This document shows, in pieces, positions 47,233-58,995 of a stretch of DNA of 64,000 nucleotides. Below the pieces are notes generated by a model. That model was not told the origin of the DNA, searched no databases, and saw only the letters and a program-made list of their open reading frames with translations. The stretch covers positions 5,766,001-5,830,000 of the forward strand of contig CATNEN010000007.1 of assembly GCA_950097015.1 (NCBI GenBank), read 5' to 3'. Origin of the DNA: Macrostomum hystrix. Taxonomy: Eukaryota > Animalia > Platyhelminthes. How positions within the stretch are numbered: the first letter of the stretch is position 1; each line of letters starts with the position of its first letter. The position numbers and the translations under genes were made by a program.

Positions 47233-47881
47233 GGTTTCCGCGCATTTCGGTGCCTGTGCTTTTCGGTGCCGAGCGTTTCGGTGCCCGGTCTTGCTTTTCG
47301 GTCCCCATCCAATTTTGCATTGTCAGTCAGTAAAGCAGCCAGCGTCCAGACAGAATTTGTAGTGAGGGACCGGTCGACTACACTGTAGCTCTGTTCGATA
47401 TTTTTTATATACAAAATTCAATAACTTTTGTCTGTCTGTCGGTGCGTGAATATGTCACACTGCAGCCCAAATGCCAAATGCCAACTGTACAGTATACTGA
47501 TTGCGCATTAGTACAGTACATTCTCTCTCTATCTGATCTCTCTCTCCACCTCAATGTACATGTACATTGACACTGTTGTCACTGTTGTCATTTGTCGATT
47601 TGTCGACTTTGCGTTGTGTACATTCAAAAGGCAATGGAGCAAATTACATTTTAGCAGTGTTTCTCGGAAACGTAAGCTTACAAATGGTAGAAAAAAACAA
47701 AGGATAATAAACGCGCAAGGACAGGCATATTAGCCACAGTTTGTATTTAAGTATTGTTTTATCATCAGTATTAAAGCGCTTTACTGACTGACAATGCAAA
47801 ATTGGATGGGGACCAAAAAGCAAGACCAGGCACCGAAACGCTCGGCACCGTAAAGCACAGGCACCGAAATGCGCGGAAACC
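47233..47881. mobile_element. Foldback/MULE-like MITE with ~105-bp TIRs
   Basis: 47233-47337 is a near-perfect inverted repeat of 47778-47881 with internal tttcggtgcc subrepeats; 8-bp TSD gtttgaac (47225-47232 and 47882-47889). Confidence 0.9.
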
Positions 47882-48469
47882 GTTTGAACAGTGTCTATGC
47901 AAGTTATTCAGGAATATTTGTTCTTCATTTGGTCAATTATAATTTTTTTCACTACAAACTTTGCCTACATATTGTGACAAATTAATAATGTAATGAAACG
48001 AATAATGCGACCGATAGTTGGTTGGTTGGTTTAGGTTGGTATCTATTATAGAGTATAAAGTATAATAGATACTCAAATATTACTAAAATTTACCTACTTA
48101 AACCAATAATTTTATTACTAAAGCCAATCAGGAGTTGAGTTGGTACACTGATTAGATAAATTGTTGTGTTTCTAAACAAAACTTATCTCATAGACTATTT
48201 TTTAATATTCCAACTGAAGAAGATAGATGACTGATTTGTTAAAGAACATTGAGTTTGAGTAAAATATTTTTTTGAGTTTTATTAGTTGTGATGGAAACAT
48301 TGTGAGTAGATAAATCATGAAGCTGTTTTGGTAAGTAGAAAGGAAAGAAAAGCAAGGCAAGGAAGTAATAGAAGTACAAAAAAGAACAAACATCATAAAC
48401 TGTATTAGTAATGTGCATGGTTTTAAAGGACAAAATGCAAACCTTAATAAAGGGTATATCATTAGAATA

Positions 48470-49420
48470 AGCCAGTCTGATGTTCTTCACACTTTCAAGT
48501 TGCCATTTCTTTAGCTCACTGATCATATTTTCCTTTAAGTTCCATTGACTCATTGTGAGATCATTCTCTATATAAATATTTGCAAACTTGTCATAGTCCC
48601 AGACCCACAGTCATAGGTTCTTCAGATACACTAGGACAAAAAACTTTTTCAACTTTTCCTTCAGGTGGACCAAGAGTAGCTGAGCCTAGTTTTTTGGCTT
48701 GACAATGTGGTACATAGCTTTGATGTTGACAGAGGATGGCTGCAACTGTAGTCCCTCTCAATAGTTTGTCAACAAATTCTGCTTCTGCCATGTTGCTAGT
48801 GCTGTCATTAGCCACTTCTGGTAGGTTGAACATAGTGTTTTTCCTTGTGTTTTTACTGCTCTTATTTCTAATACCTTTGCTTTCCCTTCCCAGCTCGATA
48901 TTTGATTCCTACTAAACTTTGCTTTTTATGTTGCTTTTCGTTGTTCATTTAAATGTGTTGTTAAAAAATATATATATATAAAAAATCAGCACCCATAGAT
49001 AGCGTGCACGTTTTAATAATAATAATAATAGTAATAGTAAGATTCTTAGACTTCTCAGCTTGTAGGCACACCTTTTTAACTATCTCATTCTAATTAGGCA
49101 TAGGGTGATCACTATTGTTATAGGCAGTTGGCTTAGTGTTTTCATCATGGGTCTAAAGTTTTGTAAGTTGTACTTCCAAGACATCAAATACGTCCAGCAG
49201 TGCAGCAAACCAAACAGCACCTTATAAGAGAAAGGCATAAGCCGCCTTTTTGCAGAACTATCTGGTCCAAAGCAATGTGTTGGTGTTGTCCTTCTAGACC
49301 AGATTAAATGATGCTTTGTGTAGTCCTGAACAATACTGATGGCATTAGCAATCACAGATGTTGCATTGTATAGTGTTGTCAATGGCTTGGCATCACATGA
49401 CATGCATGCATGGTTAGGCT
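48470..49420 (-). pseudogene. Decayed CR1/L2-type LINE ORF1 (PHD finger plus downstream domain)
   Basis: Stop-riddled PHD (IQCNICDC*CHQYCSGL...LLW..FCK), then KNTMFNLPE and FANIYIENDLTMSQ...ISELKK, all typical ORF1 motifs. Confidence 0.65.
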
Positions 49421-50909
49421 TGCTTCTTGTTTATGCTATTTATGCTAAAGGCCCCTGGTTGTTGTATAGGCTGTTCCTTTTCTGCTACCTTTAAACAGAT
49501 TAAGGCATATTTGACAAAAAGTGTTGAGTTAATTATTATAAAATTCCTTTTGTGGATTATAAAATTTATATTTTGCTATTTTATAATACATAATGATTGT
49601 GGTTGAAGTAAAATTTGTTATCTTGCATGACTAAGACTGTCATTAGTAATCCTATAGAATTGTGAATGTAAATCGTAATGTTAATGTAAATGCACCATAG
49701 TTGCATGTGCAGAATGTGGATAATTTTGTTCAACCACCCAGGAGCGGACCTCTGTGAAACCATCATCTTCATTGTCGCTGATTAGGATGACAGTGTCCAG
49801 ACTAGCAGGAGGAGCCCTGGGCTCAATGTGTTTGCTTTATCTGCCTTGGAAATGTGGAAACATACCTGACTTTACACATGTTTTCTGTCAGAGCTTCATC
49901 TAGCTTGGCCTGATGCCTGATGGCCCACTGGTTGGAGCCTGGACAGTTGTGTTTTCATAGTATGACACTCCTTTCAAAATTGTGAGGAGTGTTTACTAAT
50001 TAAGCATTTCTGCCCAGACATACATGCACAACCTCCCAAATCTTAGCCAGCCGTGCGACTTAGTTTTTGCTCTCATTTGCGACTTAGTTTGCTCTCATTT
50101 GCTCTCTTTTTCTCTCCCCTTTTTCCTTTTCTTCATGCCTTCCTTTTTTGTCCCTTGGTCCCCCCTTTGATTTTTTTGCGCTTGGTCGATTGCTTTTTGC
50201 GACTTACCTTGCTTGGCCCTGGTTTCACCCAGCCAGTTTGGCCGGGTCGGCCGGGTGTTGCGCATGTATGTGCCCAGACAAAAATTGGCCCCATGAAGGA
50301 CTGGTAGGCTGAAGTCTGAGTTTTCAGCTCCGATTTTAAATTTTATTTATAGTAAATTTTTGGGGAAAACTGGTTTTAGGATGGGGTGTTTACTTTGGGC
50401 ATATATATTTGCATAGCAAGGTTAAACTTTTTTGTTTAGCTGCATTTTTGGGTTTTTTCAAGTGAGCATTACCATATATGGGAGTAAGAGCAATATAGCT
50501 GTCGAACTGGTTCTCTCCAGTTTCAAATCACATGACTTTGTTTCTAAAAATAGCATATGGGTCATCATGGCTTCATTCCTACAAATAGATAAAAATTATT
50601 GCTTAGGTTTCCTTGTAATATAACTTTAAGTAATGTGTGAAACAAAGGGCATATTTTACTACTCTCTACATACCCTTGTTTATTAGGTCTCAGCAAGGAA
50701 ATAGGTCAATTGGTCATAGAAATATTTATGCATTGTTTTGTTCAAATCAAATCTTATGACAATTTTTCAATGATGATGAAGTAACTCAATGATAATAAAG
50801 AAAAAAAACTTTTTAGTATTTTTCTTTAAATTTAGCAAATATTTTGTCTGCTTTCCCAACACCCTACAGACACTGCGTCTCTTATTATATATTTACATTC
50901 TACTTAAAG

Positions 50910-51060
50910 CGCAATTGAGCCTCGCCAGTGGTTGAAGTCTTGGACTTCTGACTGAGAGGTCAAGAGTTCGAATCGCAGCCCTGAGGGATGCAATTTATAT
51001 CCTTGAGCTATACACTTGACTATCTAGTGCTTCAATTCACCCAGCTGTAAATTAATGTCC
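50910..51060 (+). mobile_element. tRNA-derived SINE, family C (CORE/Meta-domain-like), diverged
   Basis: Head cagtggttgaagtcttggacttctgactgagaggtcaagagttcgaatc (B box), followed by tccttgagctatacacttgact...tgcttcaattcacccagctgtaaa. Confidence 0.7.
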
Positions 51061-51255
51061 GCGGACCGAACGGCTGTACATGACATTATGGAGTGCCGCG
51101 CAACAGCTACAGCTGTGGCTGTACATCTAGACTAGGTGTAGCTATCTTCCCTAGAGTTCATGAAGTTCATTTCTTTTTTATTGCAGCTGCAAAAGTTCGC
51201 CAGAAGTCTTCGTTTCAAATCAAATTAAACAGCGAATCAAAAAGACTGTAAAATC

Positions 51256-51654
51256 ATGTCCAGCCGCAAGGAAGCCGCAGCAGCAGCAGCCGCCGCTAAC
51301 CAGAGCTCGCCTAGCCAGGACACATTCGGCACCATTGTTCGCCGCTTCATCGACGAATACTGGAATGCCACGCCGCGTTCCTTGAAGCTAATCGACGCCT
51401 ACATGTTCTACATTCTAATCACCGGTGCAATTCAGTTCGCCTACTGCTGCCTGGTTGGCACCTTCCCATTCAACTCCTTCCTCAGCGGCTTCATTAGCTG
51501 CGTTGCCAGCTTTGTTCTAGCCAGCTGCCTGCGCATGCAGGTCAATCCGCAGAACAAGGCCGAATTCTCTGGCATCACTAGGGAGCGAGCCTTTGCCGAC
51601 TTTCTGTTTGCCAGCCTGCTGCTGCATCTGGTTGTTATCAATTTCATTGGCTGA
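51256..51654 (+). CDS. DAD1: Oligosaccharyltransferase subunit DAD1/OST2
   Basis: [59 protein letters not shown]...[23 protein letters not shown]; single coding exon. Confidence 0.98.
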   Translation: MSSRKEAAAAAAAANQSSPSQDTFGTIVRRFIDEYWNATPRSLKLIDAYMFYILITGAIQFAYCCLVGTFPFNSFLSGFISCVASFVLASCLRMQVNPQNKAEFSGITRERAFADFLFASLLLHLVVINFIG

Positions 51655-52566
51655 GCTCAACTGTGACAAACCTGGCTTAGGATGAAACACTAGTTAGTAC
51701 AGTTTTTAGGTTAATATAAAATATAACAATAAAATAAGGTCATACTAGTTAATTTTAATCTTCTAATTATGCTACTTGTTTTTGGTTGTGAGTAGTCAGA
51801 TCGCTCGGAAATTATCTATACACAAATCAGTCTTTTACACGGTGTTGTTAGTGTTAATTTTATACTTCTTAATTTTCTTAATGTTCCGAGACTATTGTTG
51901 TTTGCTTCATCTTTCCGCTTAAATTCTTCTTATCTTCTTTGAGGCACTTCTTTTGCAAGAACAAAAAATGAAAAAATGTATGTTTCTGAATGTTGTACTT
52001 TTCGAATCATTTTGGTGTCTGGGTTTTCTCTCTGGTCTGTCTCTAGTAGTTGCTAATGTTATATTGTTTTTAATTAGCTAGCTTGTAGTCTATGCTATTG
52101 TGTTCGTTTGTTGTGTCTTCGGATCCACTGGTTCATCAGTTTCAGAAGTCCACGCAAGATTTATTGCACCAATCCGCTGGTCATCGTCAGTTTTGCAAAA
52201 TTGTCCATAATTTGATTAAAAGATAAGACCCAACTCGGTTTATTGAATCCTGCCTTCTCCTTTTTCGCAATATCTTCGTTACTAGCGTATTTGTTACTGG
52301 TCTGATTGTCATTATTATCAGATGGCCTTCGCTCTAGTTTGCCTACATATGCTATAATTTCTATTTATTGTCATTATCGCTAATGCGGCGAATCGCATCA
52401 GTTTCTATAATTATTCTCTGTCTTTAACTTTTTCTTCTGTTCTGTTGCTCCTGCAACCGCCCTGGCTAGTGCCAAACAAAGCAGAGATCATCGATGGGTG
52501 AGTGAGCACAGAATTCCCCTTCAAAACCCTTATATTTCTATCCTTCTTATTTTCAGCAGAATAATT

Positions 52567-52915
52567 GGGGCACGAATAACGGATCAGGATTTGTGCTTAG
52601 TTCATAAAGTGACATTCGAATTTACTTTTAAATAGAAAATTATTCACAAAATTAGTCACACTATGCTTGCGTGATTAAATCAGCATTATATTAAAACGTG
52701 ATGTTCAAGGTCGTTTATCTGTGCTTCGTTCACGAAGTGACCGGATGCACTTTTAAATTAGAAATAATCGTAGGTCACACCATGCTTGCGTGATTAAATC
52801 AGCATGACCCTGAAGCGAGATTTTCAAGGTCATTTATCGATGTTCGTTTGCTTGAAGCAAACAAATAATATTGTAATGACGACTTCTAGGTTGATCCGTT
52901 ATTTGTGCGTTCAAT
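52567..52915. mobile_element. Small degenerate TIR element with an internal diverged tandem duplication (~120-bp period)
   Basis: gcacgaataacggatca (52570-52586) is inverted at tgatccgttatttgtgc (52892-52908); the block gtcacac.atgcttgcgtgattaaatcagcat...ttcaaggtc.tttatc occurs twice. Confidence 0.5.
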
Positions 52916-53389
52916 GTATTGCTAGTTTTGTTGCGTCACAAACACAATAGAATAATAAGAGCAATCACCCGGTACGCGAGTCCTTCTTATAATTTCCTTT
53001 CTGGTAGCGCACGTTGGCTTGCTGATTGATTTCGGACTGCCGAAGTTTACAATGAAACTTAGTTCTTAATTAATCCTGGCTAAATTAATTATATGGAAGT
53101 TATAAGCATGGAAGACGCTAATTAAATATGACACAAAGAACAAGCAGGTCGCGCAGTTGCGTGTTTTACAGACAGGAGATAATTTGCATAGTTGGCAGAT
53201 TATCGCTCAATGGAATTTTTTGATGATTACGACTTTCTTTATTTCTGTTTGTATACTGATTAGGTACGATAGATAGGCTGTTAGTAGTGAGTATTGGGAC
53301 ATGGCTGATAGCGGCGCAGCGAGGACTTATGACCCTCGACATGTGTTAATGAATTGAACTAGCGCACTAGAACACTGAAGGATTATACT

Positions 53390-53980
53390 AGCTGACTGAG
53401 GTACTGAGGGATTAAACTGACCCACTGAATTACTGAGGGATTATAATTGCTCACTGAAGTACTGAGGGATTATACTTGCTCACTGAAGTACTGAGGGATT
53501 ATACTTGCTCACTGAAGTACTGAGGGGGTTATACTTACCCACTAAAGTATGAAGGGATTAAACTGACCCACTGAAGTACTGAGGGATTATACTTGCTCAC
53601 TGTAGTACTGAGGGATTATATTGACCCACTGAAGTACTGAGGGATTATATTGACCCACTGAAGTACTGAGGGATTATACTGACCCACTGAAGTACTGAGG
53701 GATTATATTGACCCACTGAAGTACTGAGGGATTATACTTGCTCACTGAAGTACTGAGGGATTATATTGACCCACTGAAGTACTGAGGGATTATATTGACC
53801 CACTGAAGTACTGAGGGATTATACTTGCTCACTGAAGTACTGAGGGATTATATTGACCCACTGAAGTACTGAGGGATTATAATTGCTCACCGAAGTACTG
53901 AAGGGGGTTGAGGGGATTATACTTGCTCACTGAAGTCTATCCCGGTGATTATACTGACCTACTGAAGTTCTCAGGGGATT
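53390..53980. repeat. 29-bp minisatellite (cactgaagtactgagggattatacttgct)
   Basis: Tandem copies. Confidence 0.95.
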
Positions 53981-54067
53981 ATTCTACGCTTGCTCAGCGT
54001 CGGTGGTGAGAACCATTGTGAACAACCACCCCCTCCACCCTGCACTGCAGCCGTCTAAAGCGGAGCA

Positions 54068-54487
54068 ATGGCCAAAAGTCTGCGGTCAAAGCGGATGCGC
54101 CGCAACAGGGCGATAAAGCGGGAGAAAATCTACGGCCCCAAGGAGCTAGCCAGGCTAAAACGCACCGTTGCCAACCTGACCGACTCCGGCGCCATCGCCA
54201 ACGACGCCGAGATGCGCGATCTGGCCGTTGTCAGGGACGCCAGCGAAGTTGCTAAGGAGCTAGCCGAGAAGGCCAAGCAGAAGTACGATGCCAAGACCAT
54301 GCAGGATGAGCACGGCTGCTACCCGCCCTGGATGAATCAGCGCAGGATTCGCCAGCTTCAGGCCCGGCTGCAGAAGCGGAAACAGAAGGCCGGCAAGGGC
54401 CCGTCAGCTTCCGCCGCGGCGGCGGCGGCGGTGGCATCAGCAAAGAAAGGTGGAAAGAAGCGGGCGAAGAAGAAGTCAGTTTGGTGA
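54068..54487 (+). CDS. LLPH: LLP homolog (LAPS18/LLPH), basic nucleolar protein
   Basis: MAKSLRSKRMRRNRAIKREK..PKELARLK, YDAKTMQDEHGCYPPWMNQR, Lys-rich tail ending in W. Confidence 0.95.
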   Translation: MAKSLRSKRMRRNRAIKREKIYGPKELARLKRTVANLTDSGAIANDAEMRDLAVVRDASEVAKELAEKAKQKYDAKTMQDEHGCYPPWMNQRRIRQLQARLQKRKQKAGKGPSASAAAAAAVASAKKGGKKRAKKKSVW

Positions 54488-55124
54488 TTGCATTCGGCAA
54501 TCTGATAACTTATTGTGATGAGCATCCGTTTGTGGCTTCTAATCAGTTCATGATGAATAATTCAAAATTCAGAACGAAGTTTTTTTGTGCCAGTGTACAT
54601 TTAACCTCTGATCAATGGCACAGGATGTGTTTAACTAGCTTCATGGACTATCTAAGAATGAAAATAAACTGAATTGACCGTTTCAACTTCCGGGTCTTTT
54701 TCTTGTGGCATTTCCAGTCTGCTGGCAATTGTTAATTGCAAAATTTGAGTTCCTCATTTGGCAGAAATTTTCCGAAGTCAAATTTTACATTTTCTTTCGT
54801 TTTTTATTTTTTTACAAACATTTTTACTTGATTCTTGCTTTTTATTTGATGCCGTACTCATACTAGATTGATAGATTAATTAAAGTTACACCTAACCCAG
54901 GTTGAGCCAAACGTACAGCACTTAGTAAGGCTGTGTACAACTGTTCAGTCCATGGACTGGGGAGGCAACAACAGGCACCCAAATTTCTACCCTACCTGAT
55001 GCTGGCAAACATGTTACTGCTTGGGGAGTTTAAGCACAGAAATTACTCGTGCGAGTAGTTGCTACTCAAAGAAAAGTCTCCAATCGGATGAGATTCGAAC
55101 TCTCGACAGCCTCATGCACGCTGT

Positions 55125-56050
55125 CCAGATGCGGCCATCAAATGCGACCCCTGGACACACTCTTCCAAATCCGACACACTCTTCTCTGTCATATTTCCAT
55201 TTTCCCATCTCTTCGTTGTCCCAATCTCTCCCCTGCGCCATCTCTCCTGTCCCGTCTTTCCACTGTCCCGTCTCTCCCCAGTCCCATATCTGCCCTGTCT
55301 CATCTCTCCCCTGTCCCATCTCTGCCCTGTCCCATCTCTCCCCTGTCCCATCTTTCCCCTGTCCCGTCTCTCCACAGTCCCATCTCTGCCCTGTCTCATC
55401 TCTCTCCTGTCCCATCTTTCCCCTGTCCCGTCTCTCCACAGTCCCATCTCTGCCCTGTCCCATCTCTGCCCTGTCTCATCTCTCCCCTGACCCGTCTCTG
55501 ACCTGTCCCGTCTCTCCCGTGTCTCATCTCTCCCCTGTCTCATCTCTCTTCAGTCCCATCTCTCCCCTGTCCCATCTTTCCCCTGTCCCGTCTCTCCACA
55601 GTCCCATCTCTGCCCTGTCTCATCTCTCCCCTGTCTCATCTCTCCCCTGTCTCATCTCTCTTCAGTCCCATCTCTCCCCTGTCCCATCTTTCCCCTGTCC
55701 CATCTCTCCCCTGTCCCATCTCTCCCCTGTCCCATCTTTCCCCTGTCCCGTCTCTCCACAGTCCCATCTCTCCCCTGTCCCATCTCTCCCCTGACCCGTC
55801 TCTCCACAGTCCCATCTCTGCCCTGGCCCCTGTCTCATCTCTCCCCTGTCTCATCTCTCCCCTGTCTCATCTCTCTTCAGTCCCATCTCTCCCCTGTCCC
55901 ATCTCTCCCCTGTCCCATCTCTCCCCTGTCCCATCTCTCCCCTGTCCCATCTCTCCCCTGACCCGTCTCTCCACAGTCATGCCAGCCGTATTTTGTCGCG
56001 TTTTGGATTCTGTTTTCAGCCCGCGATGTATCTAAGGTTGCCGACCCCTG
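55125..56050. mobile_element. Inverted, degenerate copy of the hAT MITE with a greatly expanded internal minisatellite (55200-55978)
   Basis: Intact TIR gttgccgacccctg ending at 56050; ccagatgcggcc subterminal motif at ~55125; internal ccctgtcccatctctc repeats are the reverse complement of those in 12672-12983. Confidence 0.75.
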
Positions 56051-58995
56051 TTCTAAGCACTTGGCTATGAGCTCCCATTGCATCAATTCATGCTACTGTT
56101 CGAATCTACTGACAAACAGTATCGTATCTGAAATATTCGCTCTAATTTAGAGGTCAATGTTGGTTGCACCAGAGAGGGCCAAATGTGCCTGTCGACTCAG
56201 CATAATTATCCGAGTCTATACTCACGCCATTTCTCCCACTTCCGAAATCATTGCTCCAGGAGCATTAAAAAATCGCCACCGCTATAGCAACCAGCCGACT
56301 TCTGCGCTCCGCCTCGCCGCATGGGGTCCGAGCCCGAGCCCGCCGGCTATTTCGCCTCCCCGGCGCCCTTGGAGACTGGGCCCCAATGGGCCGGCTTGGA
56401 TGGCGGCAGCTGACTCGGCTCCCGGGGTCCTTAACCTTCGGTCTGGAGTTGATGACGACCGGAACAGGCCGGAACCCCCCGGGCTTGATGGCTGGGTTTT
56501 TTATGCCTTCCACTCTCGAGTTGTTTGTTTCCCATTGGATCACATGGGATTCTAACATTCTGTTAATAATTGCGATAATAATAAGGCAAGGTTTGCACGG
56601 AGTTTGACACATTGTTTTCAAGGGGCTGTTCACGCCGAGATTTATCCCATTTCTTCGTGCTAAATCCTCACAGCTGTTTCGCACGATCCCCAGGGGCATG
56701 CATGTCAAGGTGACTATTAATATAATGTTGCCACCTGAAATGCTTGAAAAAATACGTTTCATTTGGGAAGTATTTGCCAAAACTTTATTGCTTGGATGGT
56801 GAATGAAAGGAATTTTTATATTAGGCATTGCACAGTGGCATTTCAGTCAATTGTACTCAAAGAAGCGATAAAACTTCGTCACTGGATTGAGCAGATTACG
56901 GTTGAGAACTGTGAGACCATTTTTTTCGTAGGTAATAATTTTTTTAGTCTGAGAACACGGCCACGGGGATTCGAGACCGAAAAGACTTTCTGGCTGACTG
57001 GCGCGACGCCGCTAGCAGGCAGGTTGCTCACAAATTTCTGCTAGACGAAACAGACCGAGAAAATGTGAGCTTTGCAGGCCAATTATGGAGGCTCGAGGGC
57101 GCCCCTCAACCTCCACCGGGCAGCCACGCCCCACAGGCCAAGGGCTGTTAATACTCTGCGGTTGAGGCGCTGCTAGTGTTGGCACTCGGATAAATAGCCA
57201 CGGAGAGTTGCCAGGTCAGCTTTTTTGTAATTTTGTCTTTCATTCGGCTGCCCCGCCTTCTCCCTCAGCCCCTGCTCTAGCGCTTTGCCTTCTGGGAGGT
57301 TGGACAGTTGGAACAGCTCATCAACTGCGGCCGCCTGAAACTGCGATGGAAGCAAAACAATTAACTATTGTCTCGGGGGGCCTTGTACGGCCACTCATTG
57401 TTGCTGCCGTCTCTCTCTCAGCTCTCCACTCGTCGCCACTCAAAAACTCTCTCGGTTTCCCATGACTTCTTGACAAAGACGCTGTTCTCATGGTCTTTGA
57501 CAATGGCTTAGCGGGGGGCTCCGAAGCTGCCACTGGCCACCCCTCCCTACCCGGCCGGCTTAAGAGGGTTAGGGACCCGCACCCGCTCTGTAACACCTTT
57601 GATGGACAGGGGACCTGTGAGAGCACGCTTTGAGTCAAGAGAGCACTGCAGGAGTTGAATAGTAAGCTGGATCCCGTCAGCTAATTACTGTCACTGACTG
57701 ACTGCATGGCATGCAGTGTCACAAGAGAGCAGTCTGCGGTCCTGTGTGCCGCGCCCCCCGGGGTCACCGCTTCTCACGAGCTGCAATTTGTTTCATTTTT
57801 CCTTTTCTCTCTCGCTAGCTCTTTACTTCTGATTTTTCCTTTCAGAATAATGACTGCTGCAGTTGCTGTTGCCAAGCTGGGCTGACAGCTCCACAGGCGG
57901 TCCTCGGCTTCCACCTCCTCAGCCAGTCGGCATGCAGAGTCTCACCGAATGCAAGACACTGCTCCAAAGTCCTTTTGTCTGCCTCCCCCGCTGAGCTCCG
58001 CGCCCAACGCCACCGCCTATTAGCGAGTGACTGCTGCTGTCGCATCGGACCCACAATTCCCATGGGTTTGACTGACACAGACGCAACATCTAAATTGACG
58101 CGGCGTGGGGCTCGGCTGTGTCTAGACACTGCGAAAATTGATGCCTGCGTGATTGTGAAGGAGGCACATTTCTCAGCTCTTAATCATTTGTTGAAGTGCC
58201 GCACCTGAGTGCTGGCCGCTTTGTTTCTTTGCTAAATATTCTGGGAATAACTCGGCAACGGATTGCGCCGCGTCGGTTGTCAGGGACTCAACTATCGGAC
58301 TCAATTATAGGACTCAATTATAGGACTCAAATATAGCAACGATAGCAAAGGCGAGTAGATTTTGTCAATTTAGCCCATCGAAATCGATGTGCTTTTTGTA
58401 TAGTTTTTTTGTGCATTCGAAATTCACGGCACGCGAGAGAACACAAAGTGTCTATTTTTTAAGTGCACATGTACTAAAAAGCAATAAATGTACTCTAGTA
58501 GTTCAGAGCACACACGCACCAATTGGCGAGCAAAAATGATCGAACATAAATCGAATGATAAATAAAGAAATAGAGAATCAATCGAAGCACCTCGGATTAA
58601 AAGAGCAAAAAAGAATAGACATTGTGTTGAACCATTGTAAGCTAAATTATTTATATAGCAAGCATGGCTAGTGCAATAACAAGCAGTTTTTATACACGAG
58701 ATTTTTTAATATTGGGTGAACAGATTTTCATTCTCATAGTCAGTTATCTAACTCTTTGAGTTAAGCGCGCGAGTCTACAATAGTTACAGCATGAAGCCGC
58801 GAATACGCAATCGCTGTTAAGTGAGATGGCAGCCACCTTGAGTACTGGCATCTGCTGGAAATTGTATGTTTACAGAAATAACGCAACTGTATATATATTT
58901 ATATAGGAAGCATTTCATTTGCATCGTATAAAAAACACTTCACACTCGATCGTAATCTGTACCATAGACTATCAGCCCATTAGCAGCTATTCGGA

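Noticed and set aside
50915-50985. Possible tRNA genes here and at 1104-1190 and 9175-9244
   Set aside because: No clean cloverleaf or acceptor stem, and each continues into a SINE body.
56150-58210. Short ORFs downstream of TLX
   Set aside because: No motifs or coherent exon chain; the region may be regulatory, but that cannot be supported from sequence alone.
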